In this document: positions 7,815-16,208 of the stretch, one piece after another
Position numbering within the stretch: the first letter of the stretch is position 1
Layout: the number at the start of each line of letters is the position of its first letter
Sequence record: MK931438.1
Length of the DNA: 44,748 bases
Source of the DNA: Escherichia phage Schulenburg
Reading direction: 5' to 3' (one strand)
The notes under the pieces: model-generated
What the model saw: only the letters and a program-made list of their open reading frames with translations
Told to the model about the DNA's origin: nothing
Database searches by the model: none
Program-made: the position numbers and the translations under genes

Positions 7815-8864
7815 ATGGCAATTACCACTATCGGCGATATCGTAACTGGCAACGTACCCGTCCTTCTGTCCTATATGACTGAGGACCCGGTAGAGAAAAC
7901 TGCGTTCTTCCAGTCCGGCATCCTGGCCCCGACCCCGTACGCTGCTGAGATTGCTCGCGGTCCGTCCAACGTCGCTAATATTCCTTTCTGGAAAGCGATT
8001 GATACCTCTATCGAGCCGAACTACTCGAACGATGTATATCAGGACATCGCCACTCCACGCAACGTACAAACCGGTGAGATGATGGCACGCGTCGCTTATC
8101 TGAACGAAGGCTTCGGACAGGCAGACCTGACTGTTGAACTGACCAGCCAGAACCCGCTGCAATCTGTTGCCGCTCGTCTGGATAACTTCTGGCAGCGTCA
8201 GGCACAGCGCCGTCTGATTGCTACCGCTCTCGGCCTGTATAACGACAACGTAACGGCAACCGATGCTTACCACGAGCAGAACGACATGGTTATCGACGTG
8301 TCTGCGACTCTGGGCTTCGATTCTGGCGCGTTCATTGACGCTACCCAAACCATGGGTGACGCGCTGATGGGTAATGGTGGTGAAGTGCTGGGGGCAATCG
8401 CGATGCATAGCTTCGTGTATGCGCAGGCGCGTAAGCAACAGCTTATCGACTTCATCCGCGATGCCGACAACAACACCATGTTCGCCACCTACCAGGGCTA
8501 CCGCGTGATTGTTGACGACAGCATGACCGTAGTTGGTACTGACTCTAGCCGTAAGTTCATCTCCATCATCTTCGGCAACGGTGCTATCGGTTATGGTGAA
8601 GGCAACCCGTCCAACCCGCTGGAATATGAACGCGAAGCGTCTCGCGGTAACGGTGGTGGCGTAGAAACCCTGTGGACTCGTAAGACCTGGCTGCTGCACC
8701 CACTGGGCTACAGCTTCACCAGCGCGGTAATCACCGGCAACGGCACCGAGACTACCCCACGCTCCGCTTCCTGGCAGGACCTGGCAAACGCCTCCAACTG
8801 GAACCGTGTTGTTGACCGCAAGCATGTACCGATTGCCTTCCTGGTAACTGGTGTCGGGGCTTAA
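7815..8864 (+). CDS. major capsid protein
   Basis: 349-aa ORF after scaffold, followed by a strong terminator; synteny. Confidence 0.75.
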   Translation: MAITTIGDIVTGNVPVLLSYMTEDPVEKTAFFQSGILAPTPYAAEIARGPSNVANIPFWKAIDTSIEPNYSNDVYQDIATPRNVQTGEMMARVAYLNEGFGQADLTVELTSQNPLQSVAARLDNFWQRQAQRRLIATALGLYNDNVTATDAYHEQNDMVIDVSATLGFDSGAFIDATQTMGDALMGNGGEVLGAIAMHSFVYAQARKQQLIDFIRDADNNTMFATYQGYRVIVDDSMTVVGTDSSRKFISIIFGNGAIGYGEGNPSNPLEYEREASRGNGGGVETLWTRKTWLLHPLGYSFTSAVITGNGTETTPRSASWQDLANASNWNRVVDRKHVPIAFLVTGVGA

Positions 8865-8880
8865 GGTTAAGATATAATCG

Positions 8881-8908
8881 AGAGGGACTTCGGTCCCTCT
8901 TTTCATTT
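8881..8908 (+). terminator. intrinsic terminator after major capsid gene
   Basis: agagggac-ttcg-gtccctct hairpin followed by TTTCATTT. Confidence 0.6.
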
Positions 8909-8923
8909 ACTAAGAGGTGATTT

Positions 8924-9223
8924 ATGGCTAAGACCGGAAAAGGCTTGCCGCGCAGCCTTCAGAATGTCGACTTCGGCGACTTTGATATCCCCGTCACGCC
9001 CGCCACTACCAGCGTAGTTGGTGGCGTTAAAAAGTCAGCCACTGTAGCTGCACCCGCGGTCATTACCGCTGCCGCCGGGGCGCAGTCCGCTGCGGATCCG
9101 ACTAAAGTCGAGTTCGATGCTCTTGTAGCGGAGTACAACAAACTTCGAACCGATGTTACCGCGCTGCGCACTACCGTAGCAAATCTGTTGACTGCGCTTA
9201 AAAACGCAGGAACCGTAAGCTAA
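8924..9223 (+). CDS. hypothetical head-associated protein
   Basis: 99-aa ORF with SD, in head module. Confidence 0.5.
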   Translation: MAKTGKGLPRSLQNVDFGDFDIPVTPATTSVVGGVKKSATVAAPAVITAAAGAQSAADPTKVEFDALVAEYNKLRTDVTALRTTVANLLTALKNAGTVS

Positions 9224-9235
9224 AGGAGCTTAAAA

Positions 9236-9577
9236 ATGGTTGATGTAATTAAACGTCGTATTACTGGTGTGTCCGCCGATACCGTGGGTGCTAAAATCGA
9301 TATGGCAAATATCTCGCCAGCGTCTTTCTCTTCCGCGCTGGCGGCTACTACCTCCGTTACCGCAGGTGAAACCATGACACTGACCGTAACCGTAACGGGC
9401 GGTCTGGAGCCGTATTCCTACCAGTGGTACAAGAACAACAACGCTATCCCCGGCGCTAACGCTGCCACCTACAAGAAAACTTCGCTCGCTACTACCGATT
9501 CGGGTACGTATAAAGTGGTTGTTCACGATGTGTATGGTAATATTATCTCCAGCAGCACTGTAGCAACTGTGTCTTAA
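9236..9577 (+). CDS. Ig-like domain protein
   Basis: Motif PYSYQWYKNNNAIPGANAATY...SGTYKVVVHD typical of Ig-like folds; AAAGGAG SD. Confidence 0.55.
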   Translation: MVDVIKRRITGVSADTVGAKIDMANISPASFSSALAATTSVTAGETMTLTVTVTGGLEPYSYQWYKNNNAIPGANAATYKKTSLATTDSGTYKVVVHDVYGNIISSSTVATVS

Positions 9578-9613
9578 TACGACGGCCCTTCGGGGCCGTA
9601 ATAAGGAAAGGTC

Positions 9614-9793
9614 ATGGCAGATAATTATGTAATCCGCGAAAAGTACACCCACGTTGATGTTGTTGACGGTCAGGTAATGCCAGTTCGCGGTGCTGTAGAG
9701 GCGGATGAACTGGTTGCAACCCAACCGGACAACGAAGAAGCGCGCAACAACGGCGGTGGTACTAAGCGTCGTCGCCGTAAGTCGGAGGAATAA
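9614..9793 (+). CDS. small protein with basic C-terminus (59 aa)
   Basis: Not in ORF track (below 60 aa); AAGGAAAGG SD then ATG; ends KRRRRKSEE; fills the gap between flanking genes. Confidence 0.4.
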   Translation: MADNYVIREKYTHVDVVDGQVMPVRGAVEADELVATQPDNEEARNNGGGTKRRRRKSEE

Positions 9794-9796
9794 TTC

Positions 9797-10309
9797 ATGC
9801 CGCTAATCGTGGAGACAGGGGCAATCGTCCCGAATGCCGACAGTTACATTAGTCTGGCTGACGCCCGCGCGTTAGCGGCTAATTATGGCCTTGAGCTACC
9901 AGAAGACGATACCGCAGCAGAGGTGGCCTTACGCAACGGTGCTACTTATGTAGGGCTTGCAGAACCGCAGATGTGCGGTCGTCGAGTATCCGCCGAACAG
10001 TCTCTTGCATACCCCCGCACCGGCGTTACGTTAAACGGGTTCCCGGTGGTCAACAACGCCATTCCGAAACAGGTGATTCTTGCGCAGGTAATCGCTGCCG
10101 CTACATATGGCGCTGGTACTGAGGTGCGTGCTAACTCAGACGGGCGTTCAGTACAGACCGAACGCGTAGAGGGCGCGGTAACCGTCACCTACTTCAATAA
10201 CGGCAGCTCTGGCGCTACTACATCAATCACCGCAGCCGATGACGCCTTACGTCCGTTACTGTGCGGTGGTCTTAACAATGGTTTCTCGTTTAACGTGTAC
10301 CGGGGTTAA
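9797..10309 (+). CDS. head-tail connector/adaptor (putative)
   Basis: 170-aa ORF between head and tail genes; N-terminus MPLIVETGAIVPNADSYISLADA resembles head-tail adaptor N-termini; positional call. Confidence 0.45.
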   Translation: MPLIVETGAIVPNADSYISLADARALAANYGLELPEDDTAAEVALRNGATYVGLAEPQMCGRRVSAEQSLAYPRTGVTLNGFPVVNNAIPKQVILAQVIAAATYGAGTEVRANSDGRSVQTERVEGAVTVTYFNNGSSGATTSITAADDALRPLLCGGLNNGFSFNVYRG

Positions 10310-10311
10310 AA

Positions 10312-10926
10312 ATGGCGAAGACTAAATCAGAGATATTCACGCTAATCGGTTCCGAGCTACCGGACAACACGACCGGACTTATTACGCCTGCGAAGTTGCG
10401 CGGGGTATTAACCCAGATGGCTGACTCACCTATTTACGCCACTCCGGGTGTTAAAGAGGTTGAAGTTCTCCGCGCTGCGTTGACAGTAGCGCAAGCGCCT
10501 ACCGCAGTAGATACGGCGTTGCAGTTAACTTTCGGCTCTGCCCAGGGTAGTGCATCTGACCCGGTAATGATTAATGCTGCGGGTCTTGTTACGTTCAACA
10601 CCGCGGGTAACTACGCTGTTCGCATCAAGTTACAGGCCGGTCGTACAGGGGCCAGCGGTACATCTATCCTGTTATCGCGCATTCTTCTGAACGGTGCTCA
10701 GTACGGCTCTCCAGCTGCCACGAAACTGGTAAGCGCGGACACCACAATCCCGATTGAATCCCGCGTCGTTATTAACGCAACAGCAGGCCAGACGTTTGCC
10801 GTTCAGATTATGCGGGATAGCGCCGGGAGTAACTTCGGTGGCGTATACCCTCAAGCGGCTACCGTAACCGCATGGGGTGTAGCCCCCTCAGCGCTACTGG
10901 TTATTTCGAGACTGGAGGCCGCCTGA
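10312..10926 (+). CDS. hypothetical structural protein
   Basis: 204-aa ORF in neck region. Confidence 0.5.
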   Translation: MAKTKSEIFTLIGSELPDNTTGLITPAKLRGVLTQMADSPIYATPGVKEVEVLRAALTVAQAPTAVDTALQLTFGSAQGSASDPVMINAAGLVTFNTAGNYAVRIKLQAGRTGASGTSILLSRILLNGAQYGSPAATKLVSADTTIPIESRVVINATAGQTFAVQIMRDSAGSNFGGVYPQAATVTAWGVAPSALLVISRLEAA

Positions 10927-11285
10927 TGAGCACCGCTTTCAGTAAACGTATGCAAGGCGTTGGCACGCGCCTGCTAACCAAATTCGGTAGCACGGTATCT
11001 CTGGTTCGCGCTGGCTCGAAAGTGTGGGATGAGGTTCTCGGAGAGTACATCTGGTCTGCGGATGAAGTGCTGCCGCTGAAAGCCGTACCTGTTCCGGTTA
11101 ACGCGGGCTTGGTTAACGGCACAACCATTCAGGCGGGAGACATGATTGTTAAAGCCGATTACAGCGTCGTCCCGAAGATGGAAGACAAGGTGCAATTCGG
11201 CGGTGAGCAGTGGTCGGTAGTAGCCATCGAGAAGAAGATGGTTAACGATGACGTTGTGGCATATTTTATTCAGGTGAGAAAATGA
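10926..11285 (+). CDS. head closure / neck protein (putative)
   Basis: ATG 10926 overlapping upstream stop (TGATG); 119 aa. Confidence 0.45.
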   Translation: MSTAFSKRMQGVGTRLLTKFGSTVSLVRAGSKVWDEVLGEYIWSADEVLPLKAVPVPVNAGLVNGTTIQAGDMIVKADYSVVPKMEDKVQFGGEQWSVVAIEKKMVNDDVVAYFIQVRK

Positions 11286-11677
11286 GTTTCGCGCTTGATG
11301 TCTCTAAGTTCGTTGAGAAGGCGAAGAAGAACCCTGAAACGGTTATGCGTCAGGTGTCTATCAAGCTGTTTTCCGCTATTATAAAGGCGAGTCCGGTAGA
11401 CAAAGGGCGTTTTCGTATGAACTGGATGGCGTCGGGAGGAACCCCCGCTTCCGGAACTACAGACGCTACCGACAAGTCTGGTAACATCGCAATAGGAAAC
11501 GCCACTAGTTTTGTGCTGAAAGCCGCAGACTGGCACGAGTTCACGCTGACTAATAACCTGCCGTACGCCCAACCTCTTGAGTACGGTTGGTCGCAACAGG
11601 CCCCGCAAGGCATGGTCAGGACTAATGTGTCACGCTTCCAGCAACTAATTAATGAAGAAGCCAATAAGGTAAAATGA
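11282..11677 (+). CDS. HK97 gp10-like tail completion/neck protein
   Basis: Motifs PVDKGRFRMNW and LPYAQPLEYGW resemble the HK97 gp10 family signature. Confidence 0.55.
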   Translation: MSFALDVSKFVEKAKKNPETVMRQVSIKLFSAIIKASPVDKGRFRMNWMASGGTPASGTTDATDKSGNIAIGNATSFVLKAADWHEFTLTNNLPYAQPLEYGWSQQAPQGMVRTNVSRFQQLINEEANKVK

Positions 11678-12090
11678 TGGGCTACTTTGAAGACTTAACC
11701 AAAGCGTTCGACGTGCCGCTGGTAGCCTTCGGGGCCACCAACGGCATCAGGGTAGCGCTTGAGAACATCGACGCTCCGACGTCAACCGATACGCCATACC
11801 TTGCGAGTTACATGCTACTGGCGGATACCGAGCAGGCCGACTTATTTTTCACAGAGCAACGCGCCGGTGTTTATCAGGTGGACATTAACTACGCATCGGT
11901 GAAAGGTAGCGCGCCAATCAATAAAATGGCAGACTTACTTAACACGGCGTTTAAAGCAGGTAAGTCTTTTTCACGTAACGACATCTGCGCCGAAGTGCAA
12001 TCGGTTAGCCTGGGGCCGCTGATTGTAGAAAATGGATGGGCTAAAAGACCATTGTCGATTAACTTTATTGCATTCACCAAGAGGCTGTGA
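11674..12090 (+). CDS. tail terminator-like protein (putative)
   Basis: 138-aa ORF immediately upstream of major tail gene; positional. Confidence 0.45.
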   Translation: MMGYFEDLTKAFDVPLVAFGATNGIRVALENIDAPTSTDTPYLASYMLLADTEQADLFFTEQRAGVYQVDINYASVKGSAPINKMADLLNTAFKAGKSFSRNDICAEVQSVSLGPLIVENGWAKRPLSINFIAFTKRL

Positions 12091-13229
12091 ATATGGCTAC
12101 AACTCCTTTTAAGGGCGCGAATACCGCGCAATTCTATGTGGCGGAAACTACCCCGGGCGTGACACCGACTTCCCCGGTATGGTCGCCGTTGCGTAATACT
12201 GGCGGCGTTCCCGCGATTACCCGCGACACTTTGACCTCCAACGAACTGGACGGCAGCCGCGAAACTACGTCAATTCGCACTGGTAACAAACAGGTTAGCG
12301 GTGAATACGCCATCGAGCTTAGCTCTAAAAGTCAGGATGACTGGCTGGCAGGTGCTTTAGGCTCTACGTGGCAATCAGGTGTATCCTTAACTGACCTGTC
12401 AATTACCGTCGCACCGGCAGGCAAGACGTTCACCCGTGCTGATGGTAGCTTTATTACCGACGGCGTTGAAGTAGGCGACCTGATTGCGTTTACCGACTTA
12501 ACGGGAGATAACGCAAAACCGTTCATCGTCACTGCGGTAGAGGCACTGGTAGTGACCGGTGCGGGCATCCAGCACACTCTCACCACAGAGACCGCTACTA
12601 CTGCTGCTAAGACAGGCGACAAACTGGAAACCGGTAGCCAGTGTAAGACGTTCTCTATTCTCACATGGTACAAAGGCCAGTGCGGCGGGACTGACGCGTA
12701 CACGCTTACCAAAGGTGTAGAAGTTTCTGGTTTCACTGTTGAGCAGGCCGTTAACGCGATGGTAACGGGCAGCTTCCCGTTCATCGGGCGCAGCCAGGAG
12801 ATTCTCACCGAGCCGCCGTCTGGTTCTGATTTCTCCTCTGTTACGTTTGGTGATGAGCCGTTCTCCTCAGTTGACGTTTCTGTGTTCGATGGCTCTACGC
12901 CGTTGCGTTGTGATAGCCTTACCATCACCAACGACAACAGCGCGTCCGCGCAGTTCGAACTCGGCAACACTAACGTTGCGTTTGTGGAACGTAGCCGCGC
13001 GGCCAACACCTTCTCCATCTCCGGTAAGCTGTACGACATGGCGATGATTCAGAAGTTTATCAACGAACAGCAGGTAGAGATTAACTCTATTCTGGCGGGG
13101 GTAAACGGGGCTATGTCTTTCAGTCTGAAACGTGCAGAACTCACGGCGGTTACGCCAGAGATTGGTGGTCCTGAGTCAATCACTCAGAGCATAGAAGGAC
13201 AGTCAACAGGCAATCAATATCAATCTTAA
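12087..13229 (+). CDS. major tail protein (putative)
   Basis: 380-aa ORF upstream of chaperones and tape measure, followed by a strong terminator. Confidence 0.6.
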   Translation: MNMATTPFKGANTAQFYVAETTPGVTPTSPVWSPLRNTGGVPAITRDTLTSNELDGSRETTSIRTGNKQVSGEYAIELSSKSQDDWLAGALGSTWQSGVSLTDLSITVAPAGKTFTRADGSFITDGVEVGDLIAFTDLTGDNAKPFIVTAVEALVVTGAGIQHTLTTETATTAAKTGDKLETGSQCKTFSILTWYKGQCGGTDAYTLTKGVEVSGFTVEQAVNAMVTGSFPFIGRSQEILTEPPSGSDFSSVTFGDEPFSSVDVSVFDGSTPLRCDSLTITNDNSASAQFELGNTNVAFVERSRAANTFSISGKLYDMAMIQKFINEQQVEINSILAGVNGAMSFSLKRAELTAVTPEIGGPESITQSIEGQSTGNQYQS

Positions 13230-13243
13230 TCAATATCAATCTT
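13212..13243 (+). repeat. tandem direct repeat, 2 x 16 nt (aatcaatatcaatctt)
   Basis: Exact 16-mer duplicated back-to-back across the stop codon of the major tail gene. Confidence 0.5.
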
Positions 13244-13273
13244 CTATTGTAATACAGCGCATTAGCTACGCGT

Positions 13274-13310
13274 AAGGAAAAGGCCCCTTTCGGGGCCTTT
13301 TCCTTATTCC
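13274..13310. terminator. strong bidirectional intrinsic terminator
   Basis: Perfect 14-bp stem aaggaaaaggcccc / ggggccttttcctt with TTTC loop, A-rich 5' side and T-rich 3' side; between convergent genes. Confidence 0.7.
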
Positions 13311-13477
13311 TTCAATTGCATTGGGTAGAAGTTAACGAGTTCTCCTTTATCCCGAAGCCGTGAATATTCATCTAACGCATCTTCCCGGCTACTTACAGCA
13401 TAGATATCATTCCACTCGTCCCATTCTTTGTCGTATACGCGGATTATGTATATTGTTTTCATTACATTCTTACTCAT
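13304..13477 (-). CDS. hypothetical small protein (57 aa)
   Basis: Minus-strand ORF, ATG at 13477 (M15 of track ORF 13304-13519); last gene of the moron operon. Confidence 0.4.
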   Translation of the reverse strand: MSKNVMKTIYIIRVYDKEWDEWNDIYAVSSREDALDEYSRLRDKGELVNFYPMQLKE

Positions 13478-13700
13478 CAATATTACTCCTGTACTCTCGT
13501 AACTTCTCCAGACTTTCAATTGCTTCCGCTAAGTCGGTTCCGGTGTCTTTGTGCCCGCGAAGGCCCATACACAATAGCTTCTTCAATGCGTGCTGTAGCG
13601 CCGGGTCGCGAATGTCGAAGGCACGCAGCACATCATAAACGTCTACTGTCATAGTGCTGCCGTGAGTGTTTGTCATTGTGCGGTTGTATTTATTTGTCAC
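13470..13700 (-). CDS. hypothetical conserved small phage protein
   Basis: 76-aa ORF with GTG start preceded by AAGAGAG; motif DVYDVLRAFDI...HALKKLL..GLRGHK. Confidence 0.45.
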   Translation of the reverse strand: MTNKYNRTMTNTHGSTMTVDVYDVLRAFDIRDPALQHALKKLLCMGLRGHKDTGTDLAEAIESLEKLREYRSNIDE

Positions 13701-13890
13701 TGTTAACTCTCTTAAATCTGGCTATGCCTGACTCGTTAATGTTGCCTATTTCAAAGAAGCTGCGATATTTAGGCGAATACATTCTTACATCGCCATTCTC
13801 TAGGGTGACCCCTTCATATACAGCACCTACTTCGAATCCATTTTTCTCCGCGTACGGACTCACATCGGTGCATTCATACATGTCTTTCAT
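13690..13890 (-). CDS. hypothetical protein (66 aa)
   Basis: ATG overlaps stop of upstream gene (ATGA); same operon. Confidence 0.45.
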   Translation of the reverse strand: MKDMYECTDVSPYAEKNGFEVGAVYEGVTLENGDVRMYSPKYRSFFEIGNINESGIARFKRVNSDK

Positions 13891-15017
13891 CCAAGCATCT
13901 CCGGTGAAATAGTTAAACGTGCGACCTCGCCATATTCGGCGCTATAAGTAATTACATTTGCACTACGACCTGACATCCATCCGCCGCGAGAGGCGTAGGC
14001 GTCTTTAGCCGCCAGGGTGCGGTGTTGCTCAACAACCATGTTACGGCTTTCTACAATCTTCTGATGGTGCAGGTGGCCTACATGGGCGTAGCTGTAAACA
14101 CTCTCGCCGAACGCTTTGCGGAACTTGGCAATCATAACCGGTTCGATAGCGTCGAATCGTGCCTTATGCCCGTGGTGAAAGAACAGCGTCGTTTTGCCGT
14201 GTTGCACCATCTTGTAAACATCTGGCGACGTGTCGACGAACACCCGCGGCTCGTTGTCGTACAGCGTACTAAACATCTCAGCTAACCAAATCATTCCGCT
14301 TTCGTCGTGGTTTCCTTGCACGATAAGCAAGCGAACATTTTTATGCTTAACCAGCGCCATACCGACAACACGGCGTACCATACGAATCATGTAGCGGACC
14401 AGTTTCTGATAACGAGTGTCCGCATCAAGAACATGACCACTCGCTGGCGTAACCGCATCCAGACTATCGAAGTGCGCGAAGTCACCCAGCAGGTTAATAA
14501 CCCCAGTTCCTGCATCTGGTGCTTTCTGAAACGCCGCATCGAACCATCGGGAGAACAGGTCTTCTGCAATCTTCATGTCCCAGTCGTCGCCGCTCTCGTC
14601 GGCCCAGGCCAGCATACCGAGATGGAAATCAGATACAGTGTAAAGATTAAGTAGTTTATCGTCACGTTTGGCGCGAACGGCTTTAACAGGCGCAACCGGC
14701 GTAATCTCTGACTTCATGCCCTCGATTACAGCTTTCATCAACTCGACCTGACGTTCAGCGTCAGTGTCTGTCTTAACCCATTGCAACTTAGTGTTGCCGA
14801 ACTCGTCCACAAGCGACGACGTTCCTTTAATCTTGTAGCCGTCCGGGACAAGATGGCTAACGTCACGACCGTGACCTACGCCTTTCTTCGCCAGCTTCGC
14901 TTTACGGATACGAATAACTCGGTCTGAGATGCCGTATTTACGGGATATGTCGATAATCTTTGTTCCGGCGTTCAATTCTTCCTGTAACTGTTCGTCGGTT
15001 ATTTTAATCCGGGCCAT
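13887..15017 (-). CDS. HTH-domain + calcineurin-like metallophosphoesterase
   Basis: Metallophosphoesterase motifs in order: DFHLG, GDFAHFD, GNHDE, HHGH, GHLHH; N-terminal ~100 aa HTH-like; GAGGAAG SD. Confidence 0.7.
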   Translation of the reverse strand: MARIKITDEQLQEELNAGTKIIDISRKYGISDRVIRIRKAKLAKKGVGHGRDVSHLVPDGYKIKGTSSLVDEFGNTKLQWVKTDTDAERQVELMKAVIEGMKSEITPVAPVKAVRAKRDDKLLNLYTVSDFHLGMLAWADESGDDWDMKIAEDLFSRWFDAAFQKAPDAGTGVINLLGDFAHFDSLDAVTPASGHVLDADTRYQKLVRYMIRMVRRVVGMALVKHKNVRLLIVQGNHDESGMIWLAEMFSTLYDNEPRVFVDTSPDVYKMVQHGKTTLFFHHGHKARFDAIEPVMIAKFRKAFGESVYSYAHVGHLHHQKIVESRNMVVEQHRTLAAKDAYASRGGWMSGRSANVITYSAEYGEVARLTISPEMLG

Positions 15018-15056
15018 GCTTTACTTCCTCGTGTTTAGGATTTGTCCTATACTAGC

Positions 15057-15248
15057 TCACTTCTCTTTGACATTCGAGTTGCAAGCCCAGATTAAAATAA
15101 ATACCCACGGCAGCAGAACCCAGCCAAGAAACAGATTGGCCATGAATATCGCTAATTTCGCTTTATGACCCCGCATATGGGCCACTAAAAACGGGATAAA
15201 ATAAACTAAAACGATAATGATTAAGAAGAACATAGTAATACCTGTCAT
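15057..15248 (-). CDS. superinfection-immunity-like small membrane protein
   Basis: 63 aa, two predicted TM helices, motif YFIPFLVAHMRGHK...LGWVLLPWVFILIWA resembling Imm-type families; AGGAG SD. Confidence 0.5.
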   Translation of the reverse strand: MTGITMFFLIIIVLVYFIPFLVAHMRGHKAKLAIFMANLFLGWVLLPWVFILIWACNSNVKEK

Positions 15249-15289
15249 GGTGTAGCTCCTGTTTGAGTTAACATTGTTGGTGTAAGTGA

Positions 15290-15318
15290 ATAGTATCCTA
15301 TTATGTTGGGGTGCGCAA
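15290..15318 (-). promoter_or_regulatory. type-B promoter/operator (TTGCGC-N17-TACTAT over palindrome AATAGGATACTATT)
   Basis: Same architecture as sites near 6185, 38175 and 39101; about 40 nt upstream of the Imm-like gene. Confidence 0.45.
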
Positions 15319-15426
15319 GTAATGTGATAGAATAATTTTGCGCCTAGTGTCGCACACGAAAAGCGGGTGGTTCCCGTCTGGCGCATTTACCATTAACCTG
15401 TAACCTCTTAACCAAAGGATTAAAGA

Positions 15427-15843
15427 ATGAAACTTTCTGATTTTTATTACGAAGCTGAGGCAGAAAAAGGCGCCCGTATGCCGATACCACTGAAAGACGG
15501 CACCGATTCAGGGGAGTGGCTGAACGTTGTTTCACCGGAGGCAGACGTTGCTGTTAAAGCTATGAGGGCGTTTACACTTGCGTACCGCGCGGCATTAGGT
15601 AAATTGAAACCGCTTCGCGATAAATGCGAGGAACTGAAAGATTTCTCGGAATACAACATCAAGATGGAAGACGCCGCAACGGACCTTAACCGCCAGTTAG
15701 CGCTTGAACTGGTTAACGGTTGGAGTCTCGACGATGAATTTAATAAAGAGAACCTGAATACTCTTTTCTCACAATATAAACGACTCGCTGAACACGTTGT
15801 TGTTTTCCACAATGAACAGCTTCACCAATTGCAGGAAAAGTAG
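15427..15843 (+). CDS. tail assembly chaperone (gpG-like, putative)
   Basis: 138-aa ORF immediately upstream of tape measure gene. Confidence 0.5.
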   Translation: MKLSDFYYEAEAEKGARMPIPLKDGTDSGEWLNVVSPEADVAVKAMRAFTLAYRAALGKLKPLRDKCEELKDFSEYNIKMEDAATDLNRQLALELVNGWSLDDEFNKENLNTLFSQYKRLAEHVVVFHNEQLHQLQEK

Positions 15844-15848
15844 ACGCG

Positions 15849-16208
15849 TTGCTCCAGTTTGCCCGTTGGAACTTCATAACCCGCCACAAACGGCGGGAGT
15901 TTGACAGTATCGCCGACGGGCATAAAGCCGCGCTAATTGCTATGGGGGTTATGCAAGACGCGCCGGAAGCAACGCAGGACACAGGGCCGGAATGCCCCCC
16001 TGAGCTATTAACCACCTTCGAGAAGTACAGGGAAATCAAATTCACCCGCCGAGTGGACGATGATGGCATCAAGATGTACCCGCGCGAACAGTTAAGATGG
16101 TCGGATTTAGTGGCATACAGCACCGTTTCAGGCCAGAATATAGGCATGTTCGAATCTGACATCATCATGAGCTTAGACGCTATTTTCGAGGGTAGAAACG
16201 ATGGCTGA
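15849..16208 (+). CDS. tail assembly chaperone, second ORF (TTG start or frameshift extension)
   Basis: -1-frame ORF between chaperone 1 and TMP, overlapping TMP start; no ATG, only a TTG. Confidence 0.4.
   Translation: MLQFARWNFITRHKRREFDSIADGHKAALIAMGVMQDAPEATQDTGPECPPELLTTFEKYREIKFTRRVDDDGIKMYPREQLRWSDLVAYSTVSGQNIGMFESDIIMSLDAIFEGRNDG

Noticed and set aside
7317-8906. 529-aa minus-strand ORF spanning the scaffold and major capsid genes
   Set aside because: Antisense to two syntenic, SD-supported structural genes and crosses their intergenic junction and terminator; low-complexity Ala/Gly/Val/Arg translation typical of a shadow frame.
9582-9599. Hairpin acggccc-UUCG-gggccgt after the Ig-like gene as a terminator
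   Set aside because: Not followed by a T-tract (aataagg follows, supplying the SD of the next gene); more likely an mRNA-stabilising hairpin.
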